Assembly: GCA_044224875.1 (NCBI GenBank)
Contig: JBGAJQ010000004.1
Coordinates: 64,001-128,000 of the forward strand
Reading direction: 5' to 3'
Source: Gemmatimonadaceae bacterium
Lineage (GTDB): Bacteria; Gemmatimonadota; Gemmatimonadetes; Gemmatimonadales; Gemmatimonadaceae
DNA: 64,000 nucleotides
Shown here: positions 12,176 to 21,272 of the stretch, one piece after another
Numbering within the stretch: position 1 is the stretch's first letter
How the letters are laid out: each line of letters starts with the position of its first letter
The notes under the pieces: generated by a model
Databases searched by the model: none
Seen by the model: only the letters and a program-made list of their open reading frames with translations
Told to the model about the DNA's origin: nothing
Translations under genes and position numbers: made by a program

Positions 12176-14500
12176 ATGAGCGATCCCTCCAGCGAGATGA
12201 CAGGCCTAAAGACGGTCGCGCCGCGGTCTCCAGCCACGCGGTTGCCCGTCGTCTTCCTGGCGTTCGCCAACGCCACGGAGGCCCATCTTGCCTTGCTCAA
12301 GGCGGAAAGTCGCGAGCTGTACCGGGTGCTGCAACCGTTGGAGGACGCCAATCACGTCGCGCTGCAGCGCGAAGAAAGCTGCCAGTTCAACGAGTTGTAC
12401 GATGAACTGGTGGCGAATCTCGATCGGCTCGTAGTCTTCCACTACGCCGGGCACGCCAACGGGGAGTTGCTGCAGTTCGAGGATGGCTCCGGTGGGCGAG
12501 AGGGCTTGGCGCGCTTGCTCGGTCAGCAAGAGCAGCTCAAACTCGTCTTCCTCAACGGATGCGCGTCGCGGGGTCACGTGCAGTCGCTGCTCGGCGCCGG
12601 CGTTCCCGCCGTGATCGCCACATCGGTCCCCATCGGTGACGAGAAGGCGCAGCGGTTCTCGGCGGCGTTCTACGCCGCGCTCGCCGGTGGAGCAAGCATC
12701 GCCAAGTCCTTCGAGTCTGCCCGCGGCTTTGTCGAGGGCCAGCAGAAGGGAGGCGGCGTCGCCTTCACTCGGGACCTGGGCCGAGCCGACGACACGCCGG
12801 AAGCGCTGGTGGCACCGGTGTTGGAGTGGGGGCTCTACACGAGGGAGGAAGCGGCCGGGGATCTCGAAGGCTGGCGCCTGCCCGACGCGCGCGCGGCCTG
12901 GGCCGTCCAACTGACGGATGGCGATGGCCCACTCAAGGACTTGAACGGCGCGCCCGTCTCGATCGAGATGAGACGACCGACGCGCTCGTTCTCATCTCTC
13001 AGCTGCAACGCGTGCGGTGTCACCACGAGCGCACCTGCGGAAGCGGCTCCGGTGTGCCCGGTTTGCGGGTCACCACAGGCACAGCGGGGGTCAGCCCAAA
13101 CGATGCTCCCCGCTGGCCGCCTTCCTTTCTCGATTTCGGAAGACGCAGGGCGGAACGTGATCGCACAACGCGTCGCGGCGCCGAAGGCGATCGCTCGGCA
13201 GGAGCAATCGACAGGCGCGAGCGCACCGGCACTCGGTGGACGCGACGGCAGCGCAACGTCGTCATCGTCTACCATTCGGCTCACCCCGTTATTCATTCCG
13301 TACTGGGTCTTCGATGTCGAGACGCGCACGAGCGTGGACGCCGAACGAGGTTGGAACCGTGCGTTAGGCGAGGTGAAGGTGCAGTTCGAGTGGGAACCGG
13401 TGCGCGAGGCGATCGACGTTGATCGGCACAGCTACCTCGTTGTGGCTGGAGCATTCCCAACGGCTGCTAACCAGGGCAGCCCCGATGCCAGTTGGTATTG
13501 GACACTCGACCGCGCTGAAGCCGTCGCGCCGACAAGCGACCTCGCGGGCACCATTCCCATCCAGGTAACCGTGCAGCAGGCGTTCGATCGCGTGAGCCAG
13601 AACATGCGGCAGGAGATCGACGCCACGGCAATGGAGCGAGTCGGTGGACAGGCGCAACGAAATCTCAAGACGGACACGCGTTATCGCGCCGTTCAGGTCC
13701 GCGCGCTGTGGCTGCCGCACTGGCTGGCCACCTGGGACAGCTCCGACGGAGCGCCCACGCGGGTGCTGATCAATGGCTGTACTGGTGCCATGCGGCAATT
13801 GCAACTGACGACAGGCACGCAATCCCGAATCGAGACAGGAACGCCAATGCCCGAACGCACGTACGAGCCCGCGACCACTCCCTCAGGCCCCTCACCAGCC
13901 ATCTCGATCTTCAGCGGAGTAGGCATCGGCGTGATGGTGGGACTGCTCCTCGGGTTGTCACTCTCGCCGATCGTTGGTGTGTTCATTGGCGCGGTTGGTA
14001 CGGGTTTGGCCGCTCTGCTTGGGCTGAACGACGCGCACTTTAGTGCCGCGAAGGGCCTTCGGATCGGCTCCTTCGGCCTCGCCCTCGTGTTGTCGGCACC
14101 GATCTCGATCTACCTCAGGGCGCATAACGTGCTCGGCTCTGGCCCGCCAAGCCTGGCCGTTCGCAAGGCGGAACTCCTGGCCGCGGGCTTCGACTCCACA
14201 CGCGCCTTGGACCTGCTGGCCACTTCGGCCAAGGCTCAAGGCGAGTCGTCGCCAGAGCAGAAGGGTGGGCTGTTCGCCGATTCGAGTCTGGTGGACTACG
14301 CCGCGAAGCTCGACCCCGAGTTGTTCGGCAATGACCCGGCCAAGACGCTGGAGCGTGTGCGGGCGGTCGACAACGATCAGTTCAAGGGGCTCGCGGACAG
14401 CATCGCGAAGTACGTGCCCGTACAACATCAGGTTGGACTCGTGAAGGCGACGCTACGTGTCATCTGCAAGGCCCAGGATCCCAAGGCGGAGTGCAAATGA
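12176..14500 (+). CDS. CHAT (caspase-like) domain + Zn ribbon + uncharacterised domain + C-terminal membrane module
   Basis: VFHYAGH (His93) and LVFLNGC (Cys129) dyad; CNACG..CPVCG Zn ribbon; PLFIPYWVFD / LWLPHW / VLINGCTG domain; 2-3 Gly-rich hydrophobic helices near the C-terminus. Confidence 0.85.
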   Translation: MSDPSSEMTGLKTVAPRSPATRLPVVFLAFANATEAHLALLKAESRELYRVLQPLEDANHVALQREESCQFNELYDELVANLDRLVVFHYAGHANGELLQFEDGSGGREGLARLLGQQEQLKLVFLNGCASRGHVQSLLGAGVPAVIATSVPIGDEKAQRFSAAFYAALAGGASIAKSFESARGFVEGQQKGGGVAFTRDLGRADDTPEALVAPVLEWGLYTREEAAGDLEGWRLPDARAAWAVQLTDGDGPLKDLNGAPVSIEMRRPTRSFSSLSCNACGVTTSAPAEAAPVCPVCGSPQAQRGSAQTMLPAGRLPFSISEDAGRNVIAQRVAAPKAIARQEQSTGASAPALGGRDGSATSSSSTIRLTPLFIPYWVFDVETRTSVDAERGWNRALGEVKVQFEWEPVREAIDVDRHSYLVVAGAFPTAANQGSPDASWYWTLDRAEAVAPTSDLAGTIPIQVTVQQAFDRVSQNMRQEIDATAMERVGGQAQRNLKTDTRYRAVQVRALWLPHWLATWDSSDGAPTRVLINGCTGAMRQLQLTTGTQSRIETGTPMPERTYEPATTPSGPSPAISIFSGVGIGVMVGLLLGLSLSPIVGVFIGAVGTGLAALLGLNDAHFSAAKGLRIGSFGLALVLSAPISIYLRAHNVLGSGPPSLAVRKAELLAAGFDSTRALDLLATSAKAQGESSPEQKGGLFADSSLVDYAAKLDPELFGNDPAKTLERVRAVDNDQFKGLADSIAKYVPVQHQVGLVKATLRVICKAQDPKAECK

Positions 14501-15933
14501 GACCGAGTCGGTTTGAACTGGCGACCGTGGCGTTGGTGGTCGCCGCGTCGATCGGGCAGGCGCAGGACACGCCTGACCGCAAAAGCGCGGTATCGGTCGT
14601 CCGCATCCTCGCGACGCAGCGTGACGGTCGCACGCAGAACCAGGGGACCGGTTTCGTGTGGCTGGACCGACGGCACGTTGTGACCGCCCTCCACGTGGTG
14701 GCAGGTGCCGCGAGCATCGACGTCTACTCCGAGGCCAAGAAGGACGGCGCCACGGCCAAGGTTGAAGCCGCGAACCTGCAGGCCGATCTGGCGCTTCTCA
14801 CCCTGTCGAAGGACCTCGGACTCGAGCCACTCACGGCTGCACCCGCGCGCCTAGGCGACGAGCACTACATCTGGGGCTATCCGCTCGACGTGGCGACCAT
14901 GCAGCGCGATGATATTCGTTTCTCGCGAGGGCTGCAGGAGTCCGCCACGCTCAAGAGCATCTTCCAGACGGAGGATCGCTTCCGAAAAGTCGTTGGCAGT
15001 CAGCCATTTCCCCGGATCGACGCCGAGATCCTGCGAGTCAGCTCAATCATCACCCATGGGCAGTCCGGTGCTCCAATCATGAATCGCACCGGTCAAGTCG
15101 TTGGGGTTGGCGACGGCGGGTTGCATGAAGGCGCCGCACGGATCAACTGGGCAATTCCCGCTGCCACGTACCTGAAGAGTCGAGAGAGCTTCGGGGATCA
15201 GGCCCCGGCCGCGGCCGCGGTGGCATCGAGCCTGATGAGTGCCGTAACCGAGCGACGGGTGGACTACGTTCCGCCAGCACCAACTCCAGGACAGCCACTT
15301 CCCACGCAAAGCGGCAATCCGAGTGACCTGAAGGGCTTGCACCTGACGTGGACGGCCTCACTCAAGGACATCCTCGAGACGTTGCCGGATTCCGACTATG
15401 AAGACTTCGGGGACATCGTCGACGCGCTAGGTGAAGACGGCGTAGCGCGCGCGATGATCGACGTCTACGAAGATGCAACAACGGGGGCGACGATCGCCGT
15501 GCCGCGCGGCATCCAGCTTATGTTCGACGCCGAGAAGCACCTCGTCCACGCCTGGTCAGGGGACGGGAACACCGAGATGATCGTGCAGGTCACGACCGGA
15601 CGGAACGTGTCCGACGCCGAGGCGGCGTCCGACGCCTTCGAGCGCCTCCTGGACACGCGGGGCGCGTGGAAGGCTGATCCCAAGAGCCCGGACGATGAGG
15701 ACGGCGGCACGGATCCCGATGGCACCGTCTGGTCCAACATGCGATGGAGCCGGATCATGACGGACCCTGCGCATCCATCCACCGTCACGAATGCCATGGA
15801 AGCCGAGTTTGTGCTGGAAGGGGGCGACTTCCTTGGGACGGCCGTGATCGTGAAGGTGTCATCGCGCCTGAACGAGCGGTTGATGAACGTTATGATGGCG
15901 TGCGGTCTCTTGTCTGACTTCGCAAAGCGTTAG
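14497..15933 (+). CDS. Secreted trypsin-like (S1) serine protease with uncharacterised acidic C-terminal domain
   Basis: Signal peptide MRPSRFELATVALVVAASIGQA; GTGF, VVTALHVV, DLALL, HGQSGAP triad motifs; ATGA overlap with the CHAT gene. Confidence 0.88.
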   Translation: MRPSRFELATVALVVAASIGQAQDTPDRKSAVSVVRILATQRDGRTQNQGTGFVWLDRRHVVTALHVVAGAASIDVYSEAKKDGATAKVEAANLQADLALLTLSKDLGLEPLTAAPARLGDEHYIWGYPLDVATMQRDDIRFSRGLQESATLKSIFQTEDRFRKVVGSQPFPRIDAEILRVSSIITHGQSGAPIMNRTGQVVGVGDGGLHEGAARINWAIPAATYLKSRESFGDQAPAAAAVASSLMSAVTERRVDYVPPAPTPGQPLPTQSGNPSDLKGLHLTWTASLKDILETLPDSDYEDFGDIVDALGEDGVARAMIDVYEDATTGATIAVPRGIQLMFDAEKHLVHAWSGDGNTEMIVQVTTGRNVSDAEAASDAFERLLDTRGAWKADPKSPDDEDGGTDPDGTVWSNMRWSRIMTDPAHPSTVTNAMEAEFVLEGGDFLGTAVIVKVSSRLNERLMNVMMACGLLSDFAKR

Positions 15934-15965
15934 GGCGCACGCCTGATAGATCCGCGAGTCGCGCA

Positions 15966-15996
15966 CTCGGCGACGGGCTTCCGAGCCGTCGCCGAG
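15966..15996. terminator. Hairpin between convergent genes
   Basis: CTCGGCGACGG / CCGTCGCCGAG 11-bp inverted repeat; no U-tract. Confidence 0.5.
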
Positions 15997-16015
15997 GCGA
16001 TGAACAGTGGTGTCA

Positions 16016-18210
16016 TCAGAAGGCGAACATCCGCGTGACCTTGAGCGCCACCGTTCGCTCGTTCACGTCGCGCGTCGATGTGTCGCGACGCTCGGTGTAC
16101 ACCAGGAAGACGTCCGAGAGCGGCGCATACCGGAAGTTTATCCGCGCGTTCGTCACGTAGGAGTTCGTCTGGGTGTTGTACTGGACGTATGCGCTACCGA
16201 GCAATCGCGTCGACCAGGCGTAGCGCACTCGCAAGCCCGCGACATCGGCTTGGAATTCCTTCTGCGGCAGTCGGACGTCGTTCCGTGTGTATGTGCCTTC
16301 GATGCTCAGGTCGTAGCGAGCCCTCCAGGTGAGACCGCCGCCTACCGTTCGTCGCGTTCCGTTGTAGAAATCCCCACCTGACAGGCTCACGTTGCCAAAG
16401 AGGGCGCGCCCCTGTCCGGACTGGTATTTCACTGTCCCTTCACGATACGCGTAGGAACCGGTATCGATCGTGACATCGGAGAAGATCGAGAACGCGGCAT
16501 CGACACGGTCGAACTGATCGGAGAGCTGCAACGACAGCTGGCCGTCGGGTTGGAAATACAACTCCAGCCCTGCCGATGCGGTCCGCGACTCCATGGCGTG
16601 AGACAGGTCCGCGACGTAATCGAGTTCGACGTATGGGTTCACCTCCTGGATTGCACGGAGGCGAGGACGTGCGTGAATGCCGACGGTGCCGTAGGTCTCC
16701 TCCATGGCACGCCGGCGAATGAAGCCCATGCCGGGGTCGAAGTGTTCCGACACTCGCTTCCACATCGCCGAGGTGTTCCAGAATGCGTCGCGATAGCCGA
16801 ACGACAAACGTGCGGCGTTGCCGTCCGATGTGGTGTCGGTCGCCTCGCTGCTCGCGATGTACGCATTGATGACGCCGTTCCGGAACGGTCGGATGTTGGC
16901 ATCGAACCCGAAGCTCCGGTTGTACAAGTTGCTGTCCGTGGCCTGCCGGTTCAGCACCATCACGCCAACGTCTGAGGTACCAAGGAGATTCCTGCGAATG
17001 CGTGCGAGCGAGAAATTCTCCGCCGGCAACCCAGCCGAACGCTCGGTCTGCATGTTCAGGAACCCCAGCTCGCTCGCGCCGACGCGACCAGAGAGTCTTC
17101 CACCCCCTACGATGCGATCGTGCGCAGGTTGCGTTCCTGGACGTCGCCAAACTGCGTGGAGCCGGAATTCTCGATGAAGAATTCGCGTCGCTCGGGAAAG
17201 AACAGCGAAAAGCGCGTGAGATTCACCTGCTCCTGGTCCACCTCGACCTGGGAGAAGTCCGTGTTGTACGTGAGATCGAGTGTGAGCGAGGGCGTCAACC
17301 CGAACTTGAGGTCCGCGCCTGCGTCGTACCGTGATCCCAAGTTGGCGTCAATGACCTGAAGTCCGGTCGAGTGGCCACCCAGCGCGAACGGTTTGAGCTG
17401 CATGTTTCGCCCCTGATGCAGCCCCTCCAGTCCCGTCAAGGTGCCTGCCTTCGACATGCGGTGCAGCCGGTACTGGCGTTCGAGCGGCGCCCAATACGAG
17501 GTCTCGTTCACGCGGCGCACGCGCCGGATGAAGTTCACGCCCCAGTCCTGCACGGGCTTGCGCGCATCGAACCGCAGCGTTCTCGTCGGAATCTCCAGCT
17601 CGGCGACCCATGACGAGTCGTTGAAGCTGGTCCGCACCGAAATGATGCCCTCCCAAGCGTCCACGACATTGCGTGAATCGTTGAAGGTCTGCTCGTCGCG
17701 CACCGCGCCGTGCGGATTCACGAGGAACAGGAACGAGTTGCGACGGTCGAGGAAGGTGTCGAGCACCAACCCGAAGATGTCCGAGTTGGTCGAATTGAAG
17801 TCGCGCTCCAGACCAACCGTGATCGCCTTCTTTGGAAAGGGATCGTAGTTGACGGCGCCGATCCAGAGGTGATCCGCGTCGTACAGGACGCGCACGACGG
17901 TCTTGTACTCGGCCGGATAGCCCGTCTGCGGCAGCTGCTGGACGAAGTCCGTAAGGACCGCCGCCTGCTTCCAGGCCTCGTCGTCCAATCGCCCATCCAG
18001 GACGATCGGACCGGACGCGCGGACGGCTGCAACCGAGGGGCGAGGCGCGGTTTCCGGGTCGACGACGCGCGCGGCCGACCGGGCGCTGCGGTCAGCGTCC
18101 TGGGCTTGCGCCGTGTTTTGACCGAGGAACAGGAACGCGACAGCGATGCCGCGAATTCGGGGGGAGAAAATGGCGAGCTCGGGGGGAGGGGACCACCCTA
18201 AGTAACGCAA
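16016..18210 (-). pseudogene. DUF5916 / CBM9-like outer-membrane protein, split by a frameshifting deletion near 17110
   Basis: 5' part: LDGRLDDEAW, NTDFSQVEVDQEQVNLTRFSLFFPERREFF. 3' part in another frame: IVGGGRLSGRVGASELGFLNMQ through a beta-barrel-like end KVTRMFAF. Start at TTG 18210 is tentative. Confidence 0.75.
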
Positions 18211-18222
18211 TGCCCAGCCGCG

Positions 18223-20043
18223 TTGCTGAGCACCGGCGTCGGTTCTGCGGCAGACATACTGATCGGCCTTATGGCAGCGAGGGAGCGCGTGACGGTCCAC
18301 GACCAGGCGCGGCCTCGGAAGAGCTGGCACCTCCGCTCGCTCAGCGCCGGCGCGCCAACTAACCTTCGAGTCGTCACGTCCCACCGACCCCTCCCGAGGA
18401 GCGCGTTGACTCCCTCCCGATCCCCCAGTCGATCCACAGCTCCTCTGGGCGGGTGGGAGGCTGAGTACGCGGTGCTCGTCGCACCTGACCGCGCGCCGCT
18501 TGGTGCCGTCGATCTCGAACGGCTCGCCACCGCCGCGCACCTGCTCGGCCGGGATGACGAGTGCATTGAGGCGCTCACGCGCGCGCACGCCACGTTTCGA
18601 GACAACGGGGACGTCGCAGGCGCGGCGCGGTGCGCCGTGTGGCTGGGACTGCGGCTCATGCTCCTACGCGAACACGCGCAAGGGAGTGGCTGGCTGGCGC
18701 GCGCCAAGCGCATGCTCGACGAGTCCGGCGACGATTCGGCGTTAAGAGGCTACCTCCTGCTTCCGGAAGCTATCGGGCAGCTGGAGTTCGGTTCTGCAGA
18801 ACGCGGGCTCGCCCTGTTCAACGAATCGGTCGCGATCGGCGAGAGGCATCGCGATCGGGACCTCACCGCCCAAGCGCGATTGGGTATTGGTCGCTCGCTC
18901 ATTCGCCTTGGTCGAGCGCCTGAAGGCGTGCGGCTGCTGGACGAAGTGATGGTGGCCATCACGACCGGAGAGATCCCGCTGCTGATCGTCGGCGACTTGT
19001 ACTGCAGCATGCTCGACGCGTGCGTGGAGATCTTCGATGTGGCGCGCGCGCAGGAATGGACCGACGCGCTGCAGCGCTGGTGTGAGGCGCAACCTTCGCA
19101 AGTTCCGTATCGTGGGACGTGCTTGCTCCGGCGGTCGGAAATCCTTCAGGTTCGCGGCGACTGGGAGCAGGCGGTCCTGGAGGTGGAGCGAGCGATCGCT
19201 TGCATCTCCCAGCGGAAGTCGATGCCCGGTATTGGGACGGCGCACTACCAATTGGGTGAGCTGCACCGATTGCGCGGAGAGTTTGACCGAGCGGCCGCGT
19301 GTTACGGTGAAGCCGTTCGTTTTGGTCGTCACCCGCAACCCGGACTGGCACTGTTGGAGTTGGCGCGAGGCGACCCCAGGGCCGCGCTCCGCGGCATCGA
19401 GGCGGCGTTGCGCGAGACGAAAGACCGGCGACAACGGGCGCGATACCTCGGCCCCGCCGTCGAAGTCGCCATCGTCGCTGGCGACCTCGCCGTAGCGGAG
19501 TCGTGCTGTGCGGAACTGGAAATCCTTGCGGAGCAGATGCAGACGCCGTTGTTGCGCGCCATGGTTGCGCGTGGGCGCGGGAGTCTGGCGCTGGAGCGAG
19601 GAGACGTGGCGGTCGCTCTCGCCGCGCTGCGCGATGCGCGTGGGATCTATGTCGACCTTGGCGCGCGGTATGAGGCGGCGAGGACTCAACTGTTGTTAGG
19701 CCGCGCGCTGACGGTGACAGGCGACGTCGAGTCGGCGGCACTGGAGACCGACGCGGCGCGACGCGCATTTGATGAGATGGGGGCCGCGCACGCGCCTGCA
19801 GCGACATCCATCTCGGCTGAGTCGCGACAGGACCAAGGGAGCCTGACCTCACGCGAGCGCGAAGTGCTGGTGCTGCTTGCCACAGGCGCCACCAATCGAG
19901 CGATCGCCGTTCGGTTGGGAATCAGCGACAAGACGGTAGCCCGTCACATCAGCAACCTCTTCCTCAAGCTCAATGTCTCGTCTCGGGCTGCGGCAACGGC
20001 CTGGGCCTACGATCACGACGTCGTGGCACGCAGTTCTACATAG
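18223..20043 (+). CDS. LuxR-family regulator with TPR-like region
   Basis: C-terminal LTSREREVLVLLATGATNRAIAVRLGISDKTVARHISNLFLKL HTH; the true start is probably downstream of 18223. Confidence 0.9.
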   Translation: MLSTGVGSAADILIGLMAARERVTVHDQARPRKSWHLRSLSAGAPTNLRVVTSHRPLPRSALTPSRSPSRSTAPLGGWEAEYAVLVAPDRAPLGAVDLERLATAAHLLGRDDECIEALTRAHATFRDNGDVAGAARCAVWLGLRLMLLREHAQGSGWLARAKRMLDESGDDSALRGYLLLPEAIGQLEFGSAERGLALFNESVAIGERHRDRDLTAQARLGIGRSLIRLGRAPEGVRLLDEVMVAITTGEIPLLIVGDLYCSMLDACVEIFDVARAQEWTDALQRWCEAQPSQVPYRGTCLLRRSEILQVRGDWEQAVLEVERAIACISQRKSMPGIGTAHYQLGELHRLRGEFDRAAACYGEAVRFGRHPQPGLALLELARGDPRAALRGIEAALRETKDRRQRARYLGPAVEVAIVAGDLAVAESCCAELEILAEQMQTPLLRAMVARGRGSLALERGDVAVALAALRDARGIYVDLGARYEAARTQLLLGRALTVTGDVESAALETDAARRAFDEMGAAHAPAATSISAESRQDQGSLTSREREVLVLLATGATNRAIAVRLGISDKTVARHISNLFLKLNVSSRAAATAWAYDHDVVARSST

Positions 20044-20146
20044 AATTGCCCATATGACATCGACACGCGCCGTACACGGTTTTCCCGAAGCGAGAGTGGC
20101 GCGCCTTTGTTAGCGTACTTGGGACACGTGAATCAGCGGAGGAGTT

Positions 20147-21268
20147 ATGGCACGTGAACGCATAGAGACGGTTGTCATTGGTGGTGGACAAGCGGGGTTG
20201 TCGGTGGGTTATCATCTCCAACGCGCTGGCGTTCCGTTCGTGATCCTCGACAAGCGTCAACGCGTGGGTGACAGTTGGCGTGAACGGTGGGACTCGCTGA
20301 GGCTGTTCAGTCAAGCGCGCTACAACAGCCTGGATGGCCTGCGCTTCCCGACGTCGCCCACGTATTTCCCTACCAAGGACGAAATGGCGTCGTACCTGGA
20401 GTCGTACGCGCGCCAGTTTGACCTCCCCGTGCGTACGGGTGCACTCGTGCGGCGCGTAGCGCGCGAGGGCGATGGCTATCTGGTCACGACGAATACGGGT
20501 GAAATCGCCGCGAACCACGTGATCGTGGCGATGTCCAACTATCAGGAACCCAACATTCCGTCCTTCGCGGACGCGCTCGACCCCGGGATCGTACAGTTGC
20601 ATTCGAGTAGCTACCGCGATCCGTCACAGCTTCGCCCCGGGCCCGTGCTGATTGTTGGGGGAGGGAACTCGGGGGCCGAAATCGCCAAGGAACTCGTGAA
20701 GGGGCACCAGGTGTACCTGTCCGGTCCCGTCGTGACCGATGTGCCGTTCCGGCCGGAGAGTTTCGGCGGCCGTCATATCTTCATGCCGCTCCTCTTTCGC
20801 GTGCTCTTTCACCGCATCCTTACCATCAACACGCCTGTTGGACGAAAGGCTCGACCCGGGGCGCATTCCACCACACCGCTCATTCGTGTCAAGACGCGCG
20901 ACCTGACGTCTGCGGGTGTAACACGAGTCCCGCGCACGACCGGTGTAGACCGGGGGCGACCCGTTGTAGATGGCGGGAACGCGCTGGACGTCGCCAACGT
21001 CGTCTGGTGCACTGGGTTTGAACCGGAGTTCTCGTTCCTCAAGGTGACTGTAGCGTCGCCACAGCGAGACGACCACCATGTGCGGGGCGTTGTGACTGGC
21101 GAGCCCGGGCTGTACTTCGTCGGGTTGCACTTCCAGTTCGCCATGTCGTCGGCGATGGTGCACGGCGTGGGCCGCGACGCAGCGTACGTCGCCGGCGTAG
21201 TGGCCGATCGCGTCAGGCAGTCGTCAGGTCGGCCGTCAAACTCCATCGCGACGGCAGGCGCCGCCTGA
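20147..21268 (+). CDS. Flavin-containing monooxygenase-like FAD/NAD(P) oxidoreductase
   Basis: VIGGGQAG, WRERWDSLRLFS, LHSSSY, VGGGNSG, WCTGF; RBS GGAGGAG. Confidence 0.9.
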   Translation: MARERIETVVIGGGQAGLSVGYHLQRAGVPFVILDKRQRVGDSWRERWDSLRLFSQARYNSLDGLRFPTSPTYFPTKDEMASYLESYARQFDLPVRTGALVRRVAREGDGYLVTTNTGEIAANHVIVAMSNYQEPNIPSFADALDPGIVQLHSSSYRDPSQLRPGPVLIVGGGNSGAEIAKELVKGHQVYLSGPVVTDVPFRPESFGGRHIFMPLLFRVLFHRILTINTPVGRKARPGAHSTTPLIRVKTRDLTSAGVTRVPRTTGVDRGRPVVDGGNALDVANVVWCTGFEPEFSFLKVTVASPQRDDHHVRGVVTGEPGLYFVGLHFQFAMSSAMVHGVGRDAAYVAGVVADRVRQSSGRPSNSIATAGAA

Positions 21269-21272
21269 CGCC

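Noticed and set aside
17100..17125. Programmed frameshift or stop readthrough in the DUF5916 gene
   Set aside because: No slippery sequence, and expected conserved residues are missing, which fits a deletion.
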